Assembly: GCA_964035545.1 (NCBI GenBank)
Contig: OZ037769.1
Span: 5,189,929-5,253,928 of the forward strand
Source: Bugula neritina
Taxonomy: Eukaryota; Animalia; Bryozoa
Direction of reading: 5' to 3'
DNA: 64,000 nucleotides
Below are positions 11,299-23,691 of the stretch, piece by piece. The number at the start of each line of letters is the position of its first letter. The first letter of the stretch is position 1. The notes under the pieces were generated by a model. That model was not told the origin of the DNA. It was given only the letters and a program-made list of their open reading frames with translations, and searched no databases. A program made the position numbers and the translations under genes.

Positions 11299-13070
11299 CA
11301 GTGCTGTGAAAAAGTTTAAGGACGCCTCCCTGTTTTCTATAATAGCAATGTTCCAAGTTAATTTTAAGACATAACTAAAGCATTTCCATAGGCATGGTGC
11401 CTATGGAAATGATCCTTAAGATCTCCTTATCTCATTCATATAAATTTTAAGTGTCTCTTTTTACATCCTCCAAAAATTAGGGTAAAACAATGAGATACTA
11501 TCCGTATATGGGAATTATTCGATGTTCTCAAAATTTGTGTGTACTGTAGGACATCAGAATATTTTACTTGAAACATAGAAAAATATTATATGTGAATTGT
11601 TATACACATTATAGCAGCATTGCAACACACAGTGCTTTAAATTTTAGTATCAATGTTTTGTTGGCCAGCCTTTATTCTCAATTACAAGTCGGCAGCGACG
11701 AGGTATCGACTTGCACAGCTTCTCCAACTCGTTTTCAGTCACTACATAATGCCATGCATGAATTACAGGCTCTATGAGTGTCACCTTAGTTGTTGACTTC
11801 TGTGAAGAGACTATTTTAGCCATTCTTGACCATGAATTTCTTATTGGGTTCAAGTCCCAGCTTTGTGCTGGCCAGTTAAGCATTGAGACCCTCTGCTTTT
11901 TCATCCACTTTTTAACTGTTTTTGCCCAATGGCATGGTGCATTGTCATCTTCAAATATGTTAATTTCATTTAAAAATAAGTTTTTTATGATTGGAAGATG
12001 TTTAGCATTGAGATTCTTCATATATTTTTGAGCATTAACATCATTTCAAAGCAACTACTGAGTCGGGCTACACTTTTTGATCCTATACAACCCCAGAACA
12101 TAACACCGATAGGGTGCTTAATTGTTCGAAGAATACATTAGGGGTTATATTTCTCATACTGGTACTTTTTAACACAACAGTTTCCAGCATGATTGTTCAC
12201 ATTAAATATGGATTCATCTGAAAAAATTAATTTTTTTCTAATCATTCACTGTCTAATTGCCAAGCTCCCTGGCCCACCGTAACTGGCTTTTTTGCTGCTT
12301 CTCGGTTGGTTGAGGCTTCCTCTTGCTTTGCAGCCATGTAAACCATGGCTCAGCAATCTTGCCTTATCAGGGATGTTGAAGCTGGTGTTCCTGTTGATTT
12401 TGACTATTATTTGCCTACTCAAGACTTGTTTTATGGCAATCTTTCTTGCTGATCCCAATGAGAACCTTGTCATCTCTAGGTGTGCTTATTTTTGGTCGGC
12501 CATTCTCAGGTCCATCTGCTACACTACCAGTGTCCATAAACTTCTTGATAATTTGATGTACAGTTGTCTTTACTTTGCCAACCTTTTCAGATATTTTCCT
12601 AATTGAATAACCTTCTTTGTGCAAGAAAATTATTACAAACTTTGCCTCTGAAGGAAGATTTACAGCTCTCATTTAGTCTATGCGCAGCGCCCAAGTAGAC
12701 ACCATGTAAAAGCTCACAACTAAATGACATATTTCAAATTATGAATGAAAGTCATACCTTATGATAACATGATGCCATGCACAAAGTCAAATTTCACTAT
12801 TTAGCCTTTTGTGGTTATAAAAGTTGATAAACTTTGGTTACATAAAAATACAGGAGTTGCGCTTCCCTAGCTGCTTGTGCAGTTGGCCTAAAAATGGGTA
12901 GAAAACATTACAACAGCAAGAATTTAATAGATGAAAATTGTAGAGCACATTCTAAGGGTCATTTTGATATATAGAACTTGCAGGAAAATATTAAGAACTT
13001 ACAAGAAATGCCTATTAAACAAGATACATAGAAATTTCTGCAAGCGTCCTTAAACTTTTTCACATCACTG
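11299..13070 (-). mobile_element. Tc1/mariner DNA transposon, full length, transposase disrupted
   Basis: TIRs CAGTG(C/A)TGTGAAAAAGTTTAAGGACGC flanked by TA. Transposase pieces 12672-11650 include the HTH (GYSIRKISEKVG), FSDES, EDDNAPCH and WPAQSWDLNPI, broken by frameshifts. Confidence 0.95.
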
Positions 13071-13818
13071 TAGTTAAAATAGATAAAAACTTTAAACTAT
13101 GACAAATACTGAGAAACGAAACTAACCTGTGCCTCTGTAGTGATTGTTGGAAGTATACCCCCAAACTTCCATCTATAAATACCTGCAAGAGAAATTGTGG
13201 CATTATATTATATTACGGAAGCCATTATAAAAGTTCCAAGAGACCATAACTTTGTTAGTGATGCCGCAATCCCATTTGGCACCACGTCACTCTGGAAGGT
13301 GGCACCGCCGGAACCCCCATCGGCCAATCAGAGCCAACTCTTCCGATATAAACAGCACATCCCGGCGCCCAGCTGTTCTATAGGTATATTCTTTTGCAAT
13401 TGTTGATGACTTTATTTCTATCTAACTGGCCTTTAAATATAGATCTTCCATAAGCATTCAATACTTTGGGTTCTCTCTCAACCTCGTAGTAAACCATACA
13501 GCAGTAATTCGTGTGTACAATAACACCCCACTCTAGTAGTTCAGAAAACTAAAGCACCTCTTTCAATTAATTGCAACTCAGATTCCTTTATTTATTAATT
13601 ATATCATATTGTAGTTCATTGTAATTAATTAGTGGGATGAAACATGTAGTGCTAGCCACTACTATTACTACTAGCCATTAGTTCAAAGTTCAAGTCAAAC
13701 ATCGGGCTGCCAAAGTGTATCTCCCTAGAGTCTAGACACAATTTTCCCTCCTTCACACTTTCCCCTCATTCACACTTTGCTGTATCCTACGATAAGTCAA
13801 AGTGTGAATAGGGGGTAC

Positions 13819-14110
13819 CTCTCATATACACACTTACCGTACCATAGGCCGTAACAGCAAATAACAGCCATCTTTACAAATGTCTGAGCTTCCTGTACTG
13901 CGCTGGGGTACGTTAGGATCAAGCACTGCTTGATTACAAAATGCTGCAGTAGGCTCCTATTGGACAGAAAAACTTTGCACCAACTCATTGGATATAATTG
14001 TTTAATGAAGTGCTATGATCCGTTCCTAATAGCGAACTTTAGCTCGGGCACATTAAAAATGGCTGACATTTTACGTTACGGTGTAAGTTACGGTAATTTT
14101 GAAGGAGGGG
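13819..14110. mobile_element. Harbinger/PIF-like MITE, degenerate inverted copy of 54859-55158
   Basis: Internal sequence is the reverse-complement homologue of 54859-55158. TIR remnants CACACTTACCGTA..CAGCCAT / ATGGCTGAC..TTACGGTAA. Confidence 0.75.
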
Positions 14111-15366
14111 TAGGGGTAAATGACAACTAGCAGTCGTTGAGTAGGCAGGAATCAAGCAATGCAATGACCTATTTAACTGAAATGGTATCCTAAACCAACA
14201 CTGAATGCTCAATTGACTATTAGATACTCATTACACCATGCTACTTTTACTACTTGAATTGATTATGTGTTATGTGATAACTTTACACTAATTAGTAAAT
14301 GATTGTACAATGCACATGTTTGAGTATCTTCCACTTGATTGCATAATCTATGTTTTTTCTTTAAAATTTCAGATATGTTTGCTCAATTTCAAAGTACTTC
14401 TCTTGGTCCTATAATTTTTAAAACTTGCTAGTGTGTGTGTGTGTGTGTGTGTGCGCGTGCGTGCGTGCGTGCAAATATTGAGTCCATAAAGCCATAGACC
14501 TCCATAAACTTTACACATCTATAAAGTTAATTTATTTGTGAGTTTATTTACATTTAACCATTACACCACTTGTTATCACCTGTTCCCTGCAATTTGCAAT
14601 TGAACATATCAATAAAATATAATTGTTAATTAGGCTGTAAGTTGCTCTAAAACAGCAATTATTAACTATTTATGTAATAGTAACTGATGTATGTGAAGCA
14701 GTAATCTTAGACTGTAAGCTCACTAAATTTCTCTATGAAAGCAAAGAGTTACATTAGTTTGCTAGATATAAGGCCAGCTAAGTACAACGATTTAATTATT
14801 CTTTAATATTTGCATATGCCAATATTTATGACATTGTATACTAATGTCAGTTTGGCAACTCAGGTTGAAGATCATTATCATAACATGTTCAAACCTTTCG
14901 TTAGCAACTTGTAACAGCTACAAGTTAATTGCTATTCTTTCAAAGTCAAATCTTGAACTGAACTTCTTGAATCAGCTTTGTTAAGCCTATGAAACTGTAA
15001 TCATTTGTCATTGAACAATGAGTTGAAATTATGCACTGCTTCAGAAAAGTTGTGATCCTGGAAAAAACTTACCATTTTGCATTTATAGAATTTAATTATT
15101 ATTTTGCGAATGAGATAATTTCATGCTGCTGCCTCAATTAGGTAGGTAAGGGCTAACAAGTACTTGAACATATTAGAAATAACCATATATAGGTGATTGG
15201 ATGACAAGTATTAAACGTTGAGGATAAGTTCATGCAAAGGAAGTATGGCTATAAGCAAATAAAAATTAAGCAAATAACTAAAACATTAAGTGGCTGAAAT
15301 TATTGTAAATATGCTTTTAATTTTACCCTTAGGAATACCCCTTGGTCAATAACCTGAGCCTTGGGA

Positions 15367-18300
15367 ATGAAAATGAGAGCTCTTTACTCAAGAAAATGTA
15401 TGCCCAATCGCAAATACATGTTTGTCATCTTACTGGTATGGATTATTATTAGCTTGAAGTTGATACTATCTGCTGATAACACAGGGTTTAAAAGGTGAAT
15501 ATTGAATTCTATTTGTGCGTAATTAAAGGTAAATATTCTATCTGATTTATATACAGTTAAATTACAATGTGTTGTGTAATAGTAGATAAGTTGAATATAT
15601 TATACTATTCAGAAATTCTCTGGTGTTTAATAACAGGGATGATGTTAGAACATTACGTTTAAAGAAATACTATGACCAATCAGAAGCCAGTAAAGAACTT
15701 AGTGGTGCACAGAAACTTAACATTACCAAATCTAAAAATGACGACAGGACTAACTCATCTACACTTGGCAACAAATCTGTTAAAGAGGCCAAGCCAGAAA
15801 CTGGTCTTACAGAATTTGTTATGTCAAAATCCAATTCTACCAGAACTAAATTACCAACAAGTCTAATGCTAATCACAGAGCTGACAAGTGACGAAAATGC
15901 CCCAGGTAAAACCTTGTGATGTGAGCATAATAGAAACTTGTGACAGGTGACTAGCAATCTCTAAAAATTGTAATATTTTGGTATAATTAAAATAACGTAG
16001 TACACTTTTCGCTGCGATATCACATATGCTATATACAATTTAGGAGAGTTTGGTAGAGGTGTGACCATCGACTCAGCTAGTTTAACAGGTGAAGCAGCTA
16101 TAAGATACAAAAAAGGATTTGAAATAACTTCATACAATGAGTATTTGAGTGACATGATTTCTACCAGAAGACGTCTGCCTGATTACAGAGATCCAGGGTA
16201 AGTTTTGTTTGTCTAAACTGCTACAATATTATGGTCAGTAAAGTGATATATAGTGGTCAGCTTTTACGACAGCTTGCATCTGTCTTGATCTTAGTATATT
16301 TAAATCATAAAAATGTATCTTAAAAATAGTTTAGCAATTTATGTGTAATTCCCTGATAAAGCATTGGGCATATTTTATAGGTGTAAAGTCAAAACATATG
16401 CTGAAGAATTACCAACAACAAGCCTGATACTCATATTTCACAACGAGGCTCTCTCAGTACTACTCCGCTCTGTGTACAGCATTATAGACAGAACTAACCC
16501 TAAACTCCTTAAGGAAATCATCCTGGTTGATGACTTCTCTGATAAAAGTAGGTAGGCGGAGTGATAGATTTAAACAAAATACGCAAGTTACAATTAAAGC
16601 TTGCTTGCTCTGTTCACGCTTATAAAATCAACCTAAACTATATATGCATTAGCTTCCATCAGAACAATATTGATTTAATTTTTGTATTTATAAAAAAAAA
16701 CATAAAATTCATTTGGTTTTTAACAAATTAGTTTAGCTAAAACATCGTACATTTTTCGACGGTCATTGTTATGAATTATTGCAATGCCATAGGCAATGTT
16801 GTAAGTATTTAAATTTGTCACAATTAGGAACAGTATTAATACATTTTATATGAAAAAAAGTATATTTGTATTCAATATAATATAATTACTAAGACTTATA
16901 ATACTAAATGTTTTTGCTATACAACACATATTTGATATCAGTATACTAAAATAATTATATAATGTAGCTGGGCTAGGACAAGAACTAGATTACTATATAA
17001 AAGATCTGGAGAAAGTCAGAGTTCTTCGTCTAAAGAAAAGAGAAGGTCTAATCAGAGCCAGGTTGGCTGGTGCTAAGGCTGCTAAAGGTCAAGTCATCAC
17101 ATTCCTTGACTCTCATATCGAATGTACAGAAGGTGAGCTACAACTGAAGTTATCTTTCCTTCCTGATTACCTTATAGTGCCAGCTGTGCTCATGTAGAGA
17201 CAACCTTATACTTTTTCAGTGCTCTTCTTATTTAATTGAAAAATCAACAAAAGAACTGAACTAAATAGAAGATTGATCTACTTCTATAGATTTGAAAATA
17301 TATATTTCTTTTCTATTCCCATGATTTTCCTATAATAGTTATTACTCACATGTTACCCACAGGATGGCTAGAACCAATGCTCGAAGAGATACACAGAGAT
17401 AGAAAGACAGTCCCACAACCATCATTAGACATTATCTTACATGACACATTTGCTTTTCAACATGTTGCTGCTAAAGACATTTTTATGGGCGCTTTTGATT
17501 GGAAGATGAATTTTCTTTGGATGTTTGTGTCCAGGAGAGAGAATCAGCGGAGAAATAATGATATGGTATGCTTGGGTGGTGCTGGTTGTTTTTTGTACAA
17601 AACATGAAATATATTATAACATCAACTAACCTTGTATTTTTTTTTAGGAGCAGTAGTGGAGAAATTGAGTTAGTCTGAGTTCTTTAATTTTAGTTTTGCT
17701 CTTCTTTACTACATTTCTAATCTGGAACATTATAGCCATAGATTATATTTTCTCTGAATTGGAAGTTTGTTAACATTGTTATACAGTACACAGCTGCAAT
17801 ACATAACATTATTCTGTCTGGTGTCATTGTAGTTAGCAGCTATACAGTCTCCAGTCATGGTGGGAGGTCTGTTTTCTATAGACAGAGAATACTTCTACGA
17901 AATCGGATCTTATGATGAGGGAATGGACTTTTGGGGAGGAGAGAATGTTGAGATGTCTTTTAGAGTCTGGATGTGTGGGGGACGTGTACTGATAGTCCCG
18001 TGCTCTTCAGTAGGGCACTTGGCTAAGTGAGCTCATAGTTTTTTCTATAACTTAACAAATTTTGTACATTTCTGTTTTTCATGTATTAAATCAAAAGCTT
18101 TAAAGAATGGTAAAGGCCACTTCAAACTATTTATTCATTCATAAACTTTGCAGTCACCGCTGCAAAATTTACTTAATTACTTTTAACTAATGAAATTGGA
18201 ATGCAAATGTTTAATTCCAATGAAGGATGAATTTGCAAAGAAAAATTTTGACATTATTATGCTTGATGACTTCGAACTCAAAATTTACTCCTCATTCAAC

Positions 18301-20420
18301 TCATCAGCTGACTATGACAAAAATTAAAGTTGGAGTCTAAGTTAGTTTATAAAGTAAGAGCCTATAGTCACTGTCTTTATCACAGAATACCACTAATTAG
18401 CTATAGCATGACTTCGAAGTGGCTTCAACCATACATATTCATACTATATATACACACAAATTCATAAGTACTGTACGTTCTCTATATTTGGCCTAGGATT
18501 AGCCACCCTTATATTTCACTAGAAGAGTTTCAAAGAGTTCATAAGAGAAACTCCATTCGAGTGGCTGAGGTGTGGATGGATGATTATAAAAAGTACTTCT
18601 ATGACAATTTTGATCATAAGCTGGTGAGTCATAGCTATTATATGAGTCATCACTGGGCATGTTATGAGTCATGACAAGAGGAGAAAAAAATTATTGTTCA
18701 TGAAAATTTGACCTATAAATCATCATTAGACAATTAATAGGAGCAGCCGTGGTGTAAGGGGTAGAGCGCTGGCCTATAGTAAGCACGGAGTTAACATTGC
18801 AAGCCCTAGTAATTAAAGGTCATTAGTAATGTTAGGAAGAGCATCCATGCAGTCATATAATTACTCCTGTGACTCATCTGATGAAGTCCTTAGCTCGATG
18901 TTTAAAAAAAACCACTCTCTATGAATATAAAATTAAAGTAATACAGTATTGTGCGTATGGAAGCTAGTGGTAGTATATATTATTATAGATAATTGTCTTT
19001 CTAATTTCTAAAATGAGCCATCAGGTTTTAGTAGGAATAAATTTTGTAGTAAAGATTGTTTAAATAAGTTGTATATTAACAAATGGAATGCAATGAATAA
19101 ATAGAATTTGTATTAAATATATGCAACTCTTTAAACAATGGTTTAGGGAAATTTTGGAGATGTATCTTCAAGAAAAAAGCTGCGGGAAAGACTGCACTGT
19201 GAGTCTTTCAAATGGTACTTGAAAAATATCTTTCCTGAAAGATTTATTCCGGGTGATGCTATTTACAGTGGACAAGTGAGTGATTTATTTGGTTATAAGC
19301 AAGCATTGAACCGAATTTACTTTTAGTATAACATTTCTAAGATCGTTTTATAAGTGTATTTAAATAAACCTATAAAAAATAGTTTGATATTGAGAGATTA
19401 ACAACAAATATGTGATACTTGGGGTGGCTTTTGAAATTCAGTTTGTTTTCAGTTTATTTTGCAATACTTTTTATATAGTACTAGGCCTCTCCACTTTTCC
19501 TATAGGTTCTTCATCAAAATTTTCAATAAACATCTGGTGAAAAAGTAGAAAACGATTATCTAAAAAATCTTTAACACATTTTTTAAATAAATAAGCATTA
19601 ATTGGTATTTTAAATAAAAACGCCACGCGTTATAAAAATTCAAACGTGGCAAAATATTTAAATTTGAATATAATAGCGTTTATGACATACCAAAAAATCA
19701 CGTATTTATGTAGATCCAAAACAAAGCTGCACATACGTGTGTAGATGGAATATTAGGCCAACAAGGTCAGGTGGTAGACTTAAAGCCATGCAACTCGGCA
19801 TTCAAAAGTCAGAAGTGGTTGATGAGCAAGATGGGTGAGATCAGGAGAGATGAAGACTGCTTGGAACACACAAATCACAAATCCATCACAACTTATCTCT
19901 GTCACGGCCAGCAGAGTGTGCAGATGTGGCAGTATAAAGAAGTAAGTCACCATCAGTATAAAGAAGTAAGTTACAATTAGGCTGAAAAGTAAGTCACTAT
20001 AAGTATAAAAAAGTACGTTACTAGTATAAAAAAAGTACGTTACCAGTATAAAGAAGTAAGTTACCATCAGTATAAAAAGTAAGTCACTATAAGTATAAGG
20101 AAATAAACTGTTACTTTCGGCATTGAATCATGTTTCACCTAACTCAGAACATAAGATAATAAGGTGCATATGTTTCACTTTAACTCAAATGTTTTTTTTA
20201 TGTTGCTATTTAATACTAACTGCATTAACTTATTGTGTTGAATTACATTGATACGTTGCGTTAAGTATATATATCAATATGCATTGAAAATTTATTGAAG
20301 GCCTCCATTCTCTATAATCCAAGTTCTGAAAAGTGCTTAGAAGCAGGACCTGGAGGGAAAAATCTAATAATGTCTGTTTGTAATGCAACCAACTCCAGAC
20401 AACTTTGGGACTGGATGTGA
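15367..20420 (+). CDS. GALNT: Polypeptide N-acetylgalactosaminyltransferase paralogue G2, complete, 635 aa
   Basis: Exons 15367-15494, 15613-15905, 16044-16197, 16381-16547, 16968-17132, 17363-17565, 17833-18026, 18497-18623, 19147-19275, 19714-19941, 20301-20420 total 1908 nt with no internal stop. Encodes an N-terminal hydrophobic segment, stem, FLDSH, FWGGEN and a ricin lectin. Confidence 0.95.
18743..18910 (+). mobile_element. tRNA-derived SINE (family B), degenerate
   Basis: Homologous to the reverse complement of 60496-60703 (tRNA-like head, core TGTTAGGAA(G/A)AGCATCC). Absent from the paralogous G1 intron 8. Confidence 0.7.
19930..20108 (+). repeat. Shorter (8-unit) copy of the 24-bp splice-donor minisatellite in G2
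   Basis: Same unit as 7818-8500. The first two units both carry CAGTATAAAGAA|GTAAGT exactly. Confidence 0.9.
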
Positions 20421-21365
20421 AATGTAGCATCATGAATAAAACAAAGGACAACTAAAAGCGGCCGTAAATATGATGATAGGCCCGTTGAAGAGTTTTGTAT
20501 CGCTCTGGTGCTGCTAAAACAAATGATAGTGTGACTATTGATGCTTGCCAAAAATTCAAACTTATCAAAGGTGCAACACTTAAAATCAGATAACAAATGA
20601 ACAATGATGCTACATATAGTGTGAAGTATATTTAAAGCAATACCATTGTTTTTTATGTAGTTTAGCTGAATTATTTTGTGCAAATTATCTTCACGCATTG
20701 AAATTTGATAAGCAAGAGTGAGAATATACTGTACGCATATTATAGATATTATACATTGGTGGGATGTGAATCTTTTTGCTTAGTAGTCAAAGTGGCAGTA
20801 CCATTTGTTATACCTGTTTATGTAATACAAAGTGTTGGAATTATAATTTATATTTTATCAAATTGGCCTCGTAGAGAGGTTGAGTGAATTTCATGGCCAA
20901 TTGACTTAATTAAGATAATCAGTAGATATAAGAGCAGCCTGGAAGCTTTTTTTACGTCAATAAGCAAGTGCATGGTTGTCATTTTAAATTTATAATGTTT
21001 TGTAAATTGTATACAATACAATTCTTTGAAATTGATTTATTATGTTATTGATTTCTTTAAATTATAAAAAACCTGAATGCTGAAAACAATACAAAGAGTG
21101 CAGTATAATAATTTGATGATTATAGGCATACAAGATACAAATTAACTGCTAAAATTGATTTTGTAGAGCATTATAAAAATTTTGAATTTTGAATGCATAG
21201 TGAAATAAATATATTCTGTATAAACTGGATTAGTGCAAAGTTCTCTGTATAATGACACATCTATGTTTTTACCTGTTATATGTTGGAGAAGGTTGTATAT
21301 AAAGTAAGTTTTCTTATAAGTTCATTCTGATTGAATTGATTGTGTCTATAAGGTGAACTAAATAT

Positions 21366-21366
<1 letters not shown>

Positions 21367-21400
<34 letters not shown>

Positions 21401-21406
21401 TATATG

Positions 21407-21441
<35 letters not shown>

Positions 21442-21512
21442 ACGCACACGCACACGCACACACACACACACACACACACGCACACACACACACACACACG
21501 CGCACACACACA

Positions 21513-21550
<38 letters not shown>

Positions 21551-21647
21551 CACACACACACACGCACACACGCACACACACACACACACGCACACGCACA
21601 CGCACACGCACACGCACACGCACACGCACACACACACACACACACGC

Positions 21648-21703
<56 letters not shown>

Positions 21704-21731
21704 ACACACACGCACACGCACACACACACGC

Positions 21732-21774
<43 letters not shown>

Positions 21775-21777
21775 CAC
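21367..21777. repeat. (CA)n/(CACG) compound microsatellite
   Basis: Read directly. Confidence 0.95.
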
Positions 21778-22693
21778 AAATTTGCAAGAATTCTAGTCAC
21801 TAAACCTGAACAATTAATATTGTCATTATGTGACATATTTGTAACCACTAAGTGATGGTTTATTGTAGAGCATATTTAACTACATATAAGTGTAATTTAG
21901 AGGATTAGTTCTGCCAGTAACTTGATATATGGAGGGATTATAGCCATCCAGAGATAGCTTTATAAAACTTAGAATATTCATTAGTCCAAGTTGGCTGCAT
22001 AAATGTTATGCTGATTTTTAAAGGATAACACTGGAAAAAATAGTAAGTAGTATATACATTATATTCATTGTAATAATGTAGACATATCTGCACATACTTG
22101 CATAAGTTATATATGCAAGGGTATATTATATATTAGGCTTGTTTTACTGTTTAGCAACCAGTAGAATAATAACTTTGCCCCATATGCAAACCATAAAAGT
22201 AAATGGCATTATAGAATGTTACATGAATGTTGATAAATATTACGTAAAGTTAATGTGTTATGATTTGCTATATGTTGCTATTTTTTTATATTCCTATACT
22301 TGTTTGCAGTGTAAAATACAGGCAGTAAAATACAATTTCTAAATATATTTTGAGGCATATATGTGCTCATTGGAAGCAAATACTCTATAAACTCAGTCCT
22401 AGCTTATTAGGCACAATACAGTTTTGTAAATCACTATCAATTAGACTCAACATCTCGAACGAGGTGAGATTTTCACATAATTTGTAGCCTTGCAGCTGTG
22501 TTTAACAAAGTATAATATGTTTGTGGATCAGTATAATTTTTCTGTTATCAACTGGTTGTTGGAACTTGAAATTATAGAAATCTTCCCAAATATTCATTGT
22601 TATGCACTATAAACACTTTTGCAACTATAATAAGTGTGTAGTTGTATACCTACTTGTAAATGTAGGTCTTACTGCAAGCTAGTGTTACAGCCC

Positions 22694-22887
22694 AACTCTG
22701 TAATTGTAACTATGCAACTGCATGTAACCCTGCTACTGTAACTCTGTAACTGCAACTCTGTATATACTGCGACCCTGCAACTGTAACTCTGTAACTGTGA
22801 CTTTGTAACTGTGACTTTGTAACTGGTAACTCCGTATTTGGTAACTCTGTAACTGTGACTCTGTAACTGTGACTTTGTAACTGTAAC
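22694..22887. repeat. Degenerate short tandem repeat (GTAACT/GTAACTCT)
   Basis: Repeated tgtaact/gtgact/ctctgt units. Confidence 0.8.
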
Positions 22888-23221
22888 ATTGGAATGCGAA
22901 CTTACTGCAATTTGAATATAACAACATAACTTGTATTTTCTTGTATTTGAATGTGAAGAGCTGCATTAAGTATTATTTTGCTAAGCATTCATGCTGAATG
23001 AAAGTTCTAAAAGAAATCTAGCTTTGCATTTGTAACATCTACAGTATGATAACTAAACTACTTCCAGTTGATGAACGAAGGTAAAAATAACTTCAAATCA
23101 TAAGCTAGCATATTGTACTATATTCTTAAACACTTGATTTTAAGTTGTTCAAAATTACAAACAAGAGCGAGTTCAGACTGTCTACATATTAAAAATTCTA
23201 AAACACCCCAAATGGTTGCTT

Positions 23222-23360
23222 TTAGGGGCAGTATTGAAAAAATTGAGATTGCCTAGGTTTTTTAATTTCATTGTTAAAATTTGGTTTAACGCGTGGATTG
23301 AAATTCTTGTGAGAACTTAACTTCTTATGCTACATTTCTAATTTAGAACACAGATTTTTT
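23222..23360 (+). repeat. Unclassified interspersed repeat
   Basis: Similar to ~4710-4845, ~17645-17730 and the reverse complement of ~26418-26540 (AG(G)AGCAGTA..GAAAAATTGA...CTACATTTCTAATCTAGAACACAG). Confidence 0.55.
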
Positions 23361-23691
23361 TCAATTTTTTATTAGTGCACCTACCTTAATGGTTGCTTGG
23401 TTGAATTTAAAACTTGATTTGTGATCTCTTAGAATAGTGGTTGTGAACCATTGAGACTATCATCATTCTAAACAAGTTATAAAATGCACTGCTTCAAAAT
23501 AATTGTGATATTTTGAAATTATTGATTTACTACTCAACTTTTAGCAATTATATCCCGTGAATGAATCATGTGAATAGGTGAATAAACTCACCTAAAATTC
23601 AACTATGTATAACGATGGATGTGTTTCAAATATGTTTTCAGAATTACTTTTGGATTCTTTATCAAAGAAACGACAATTAGGACGTGGAAGC

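Noticed and set aside
13196-13531. Possible solo LTR (TG start, CCAAT, TATA, GC-richer)
   Set aside because: No TSD or second copy visible; too weak to call.
21276-21855. ORFs of CV/HT/YI dipeptides here and at ~40162, 41623, 44584, 46079, 47452, 51221, 56844 and 61501
   Set aside because: Translations of (CA)n, (TG)n and (TA)n microsatellites.
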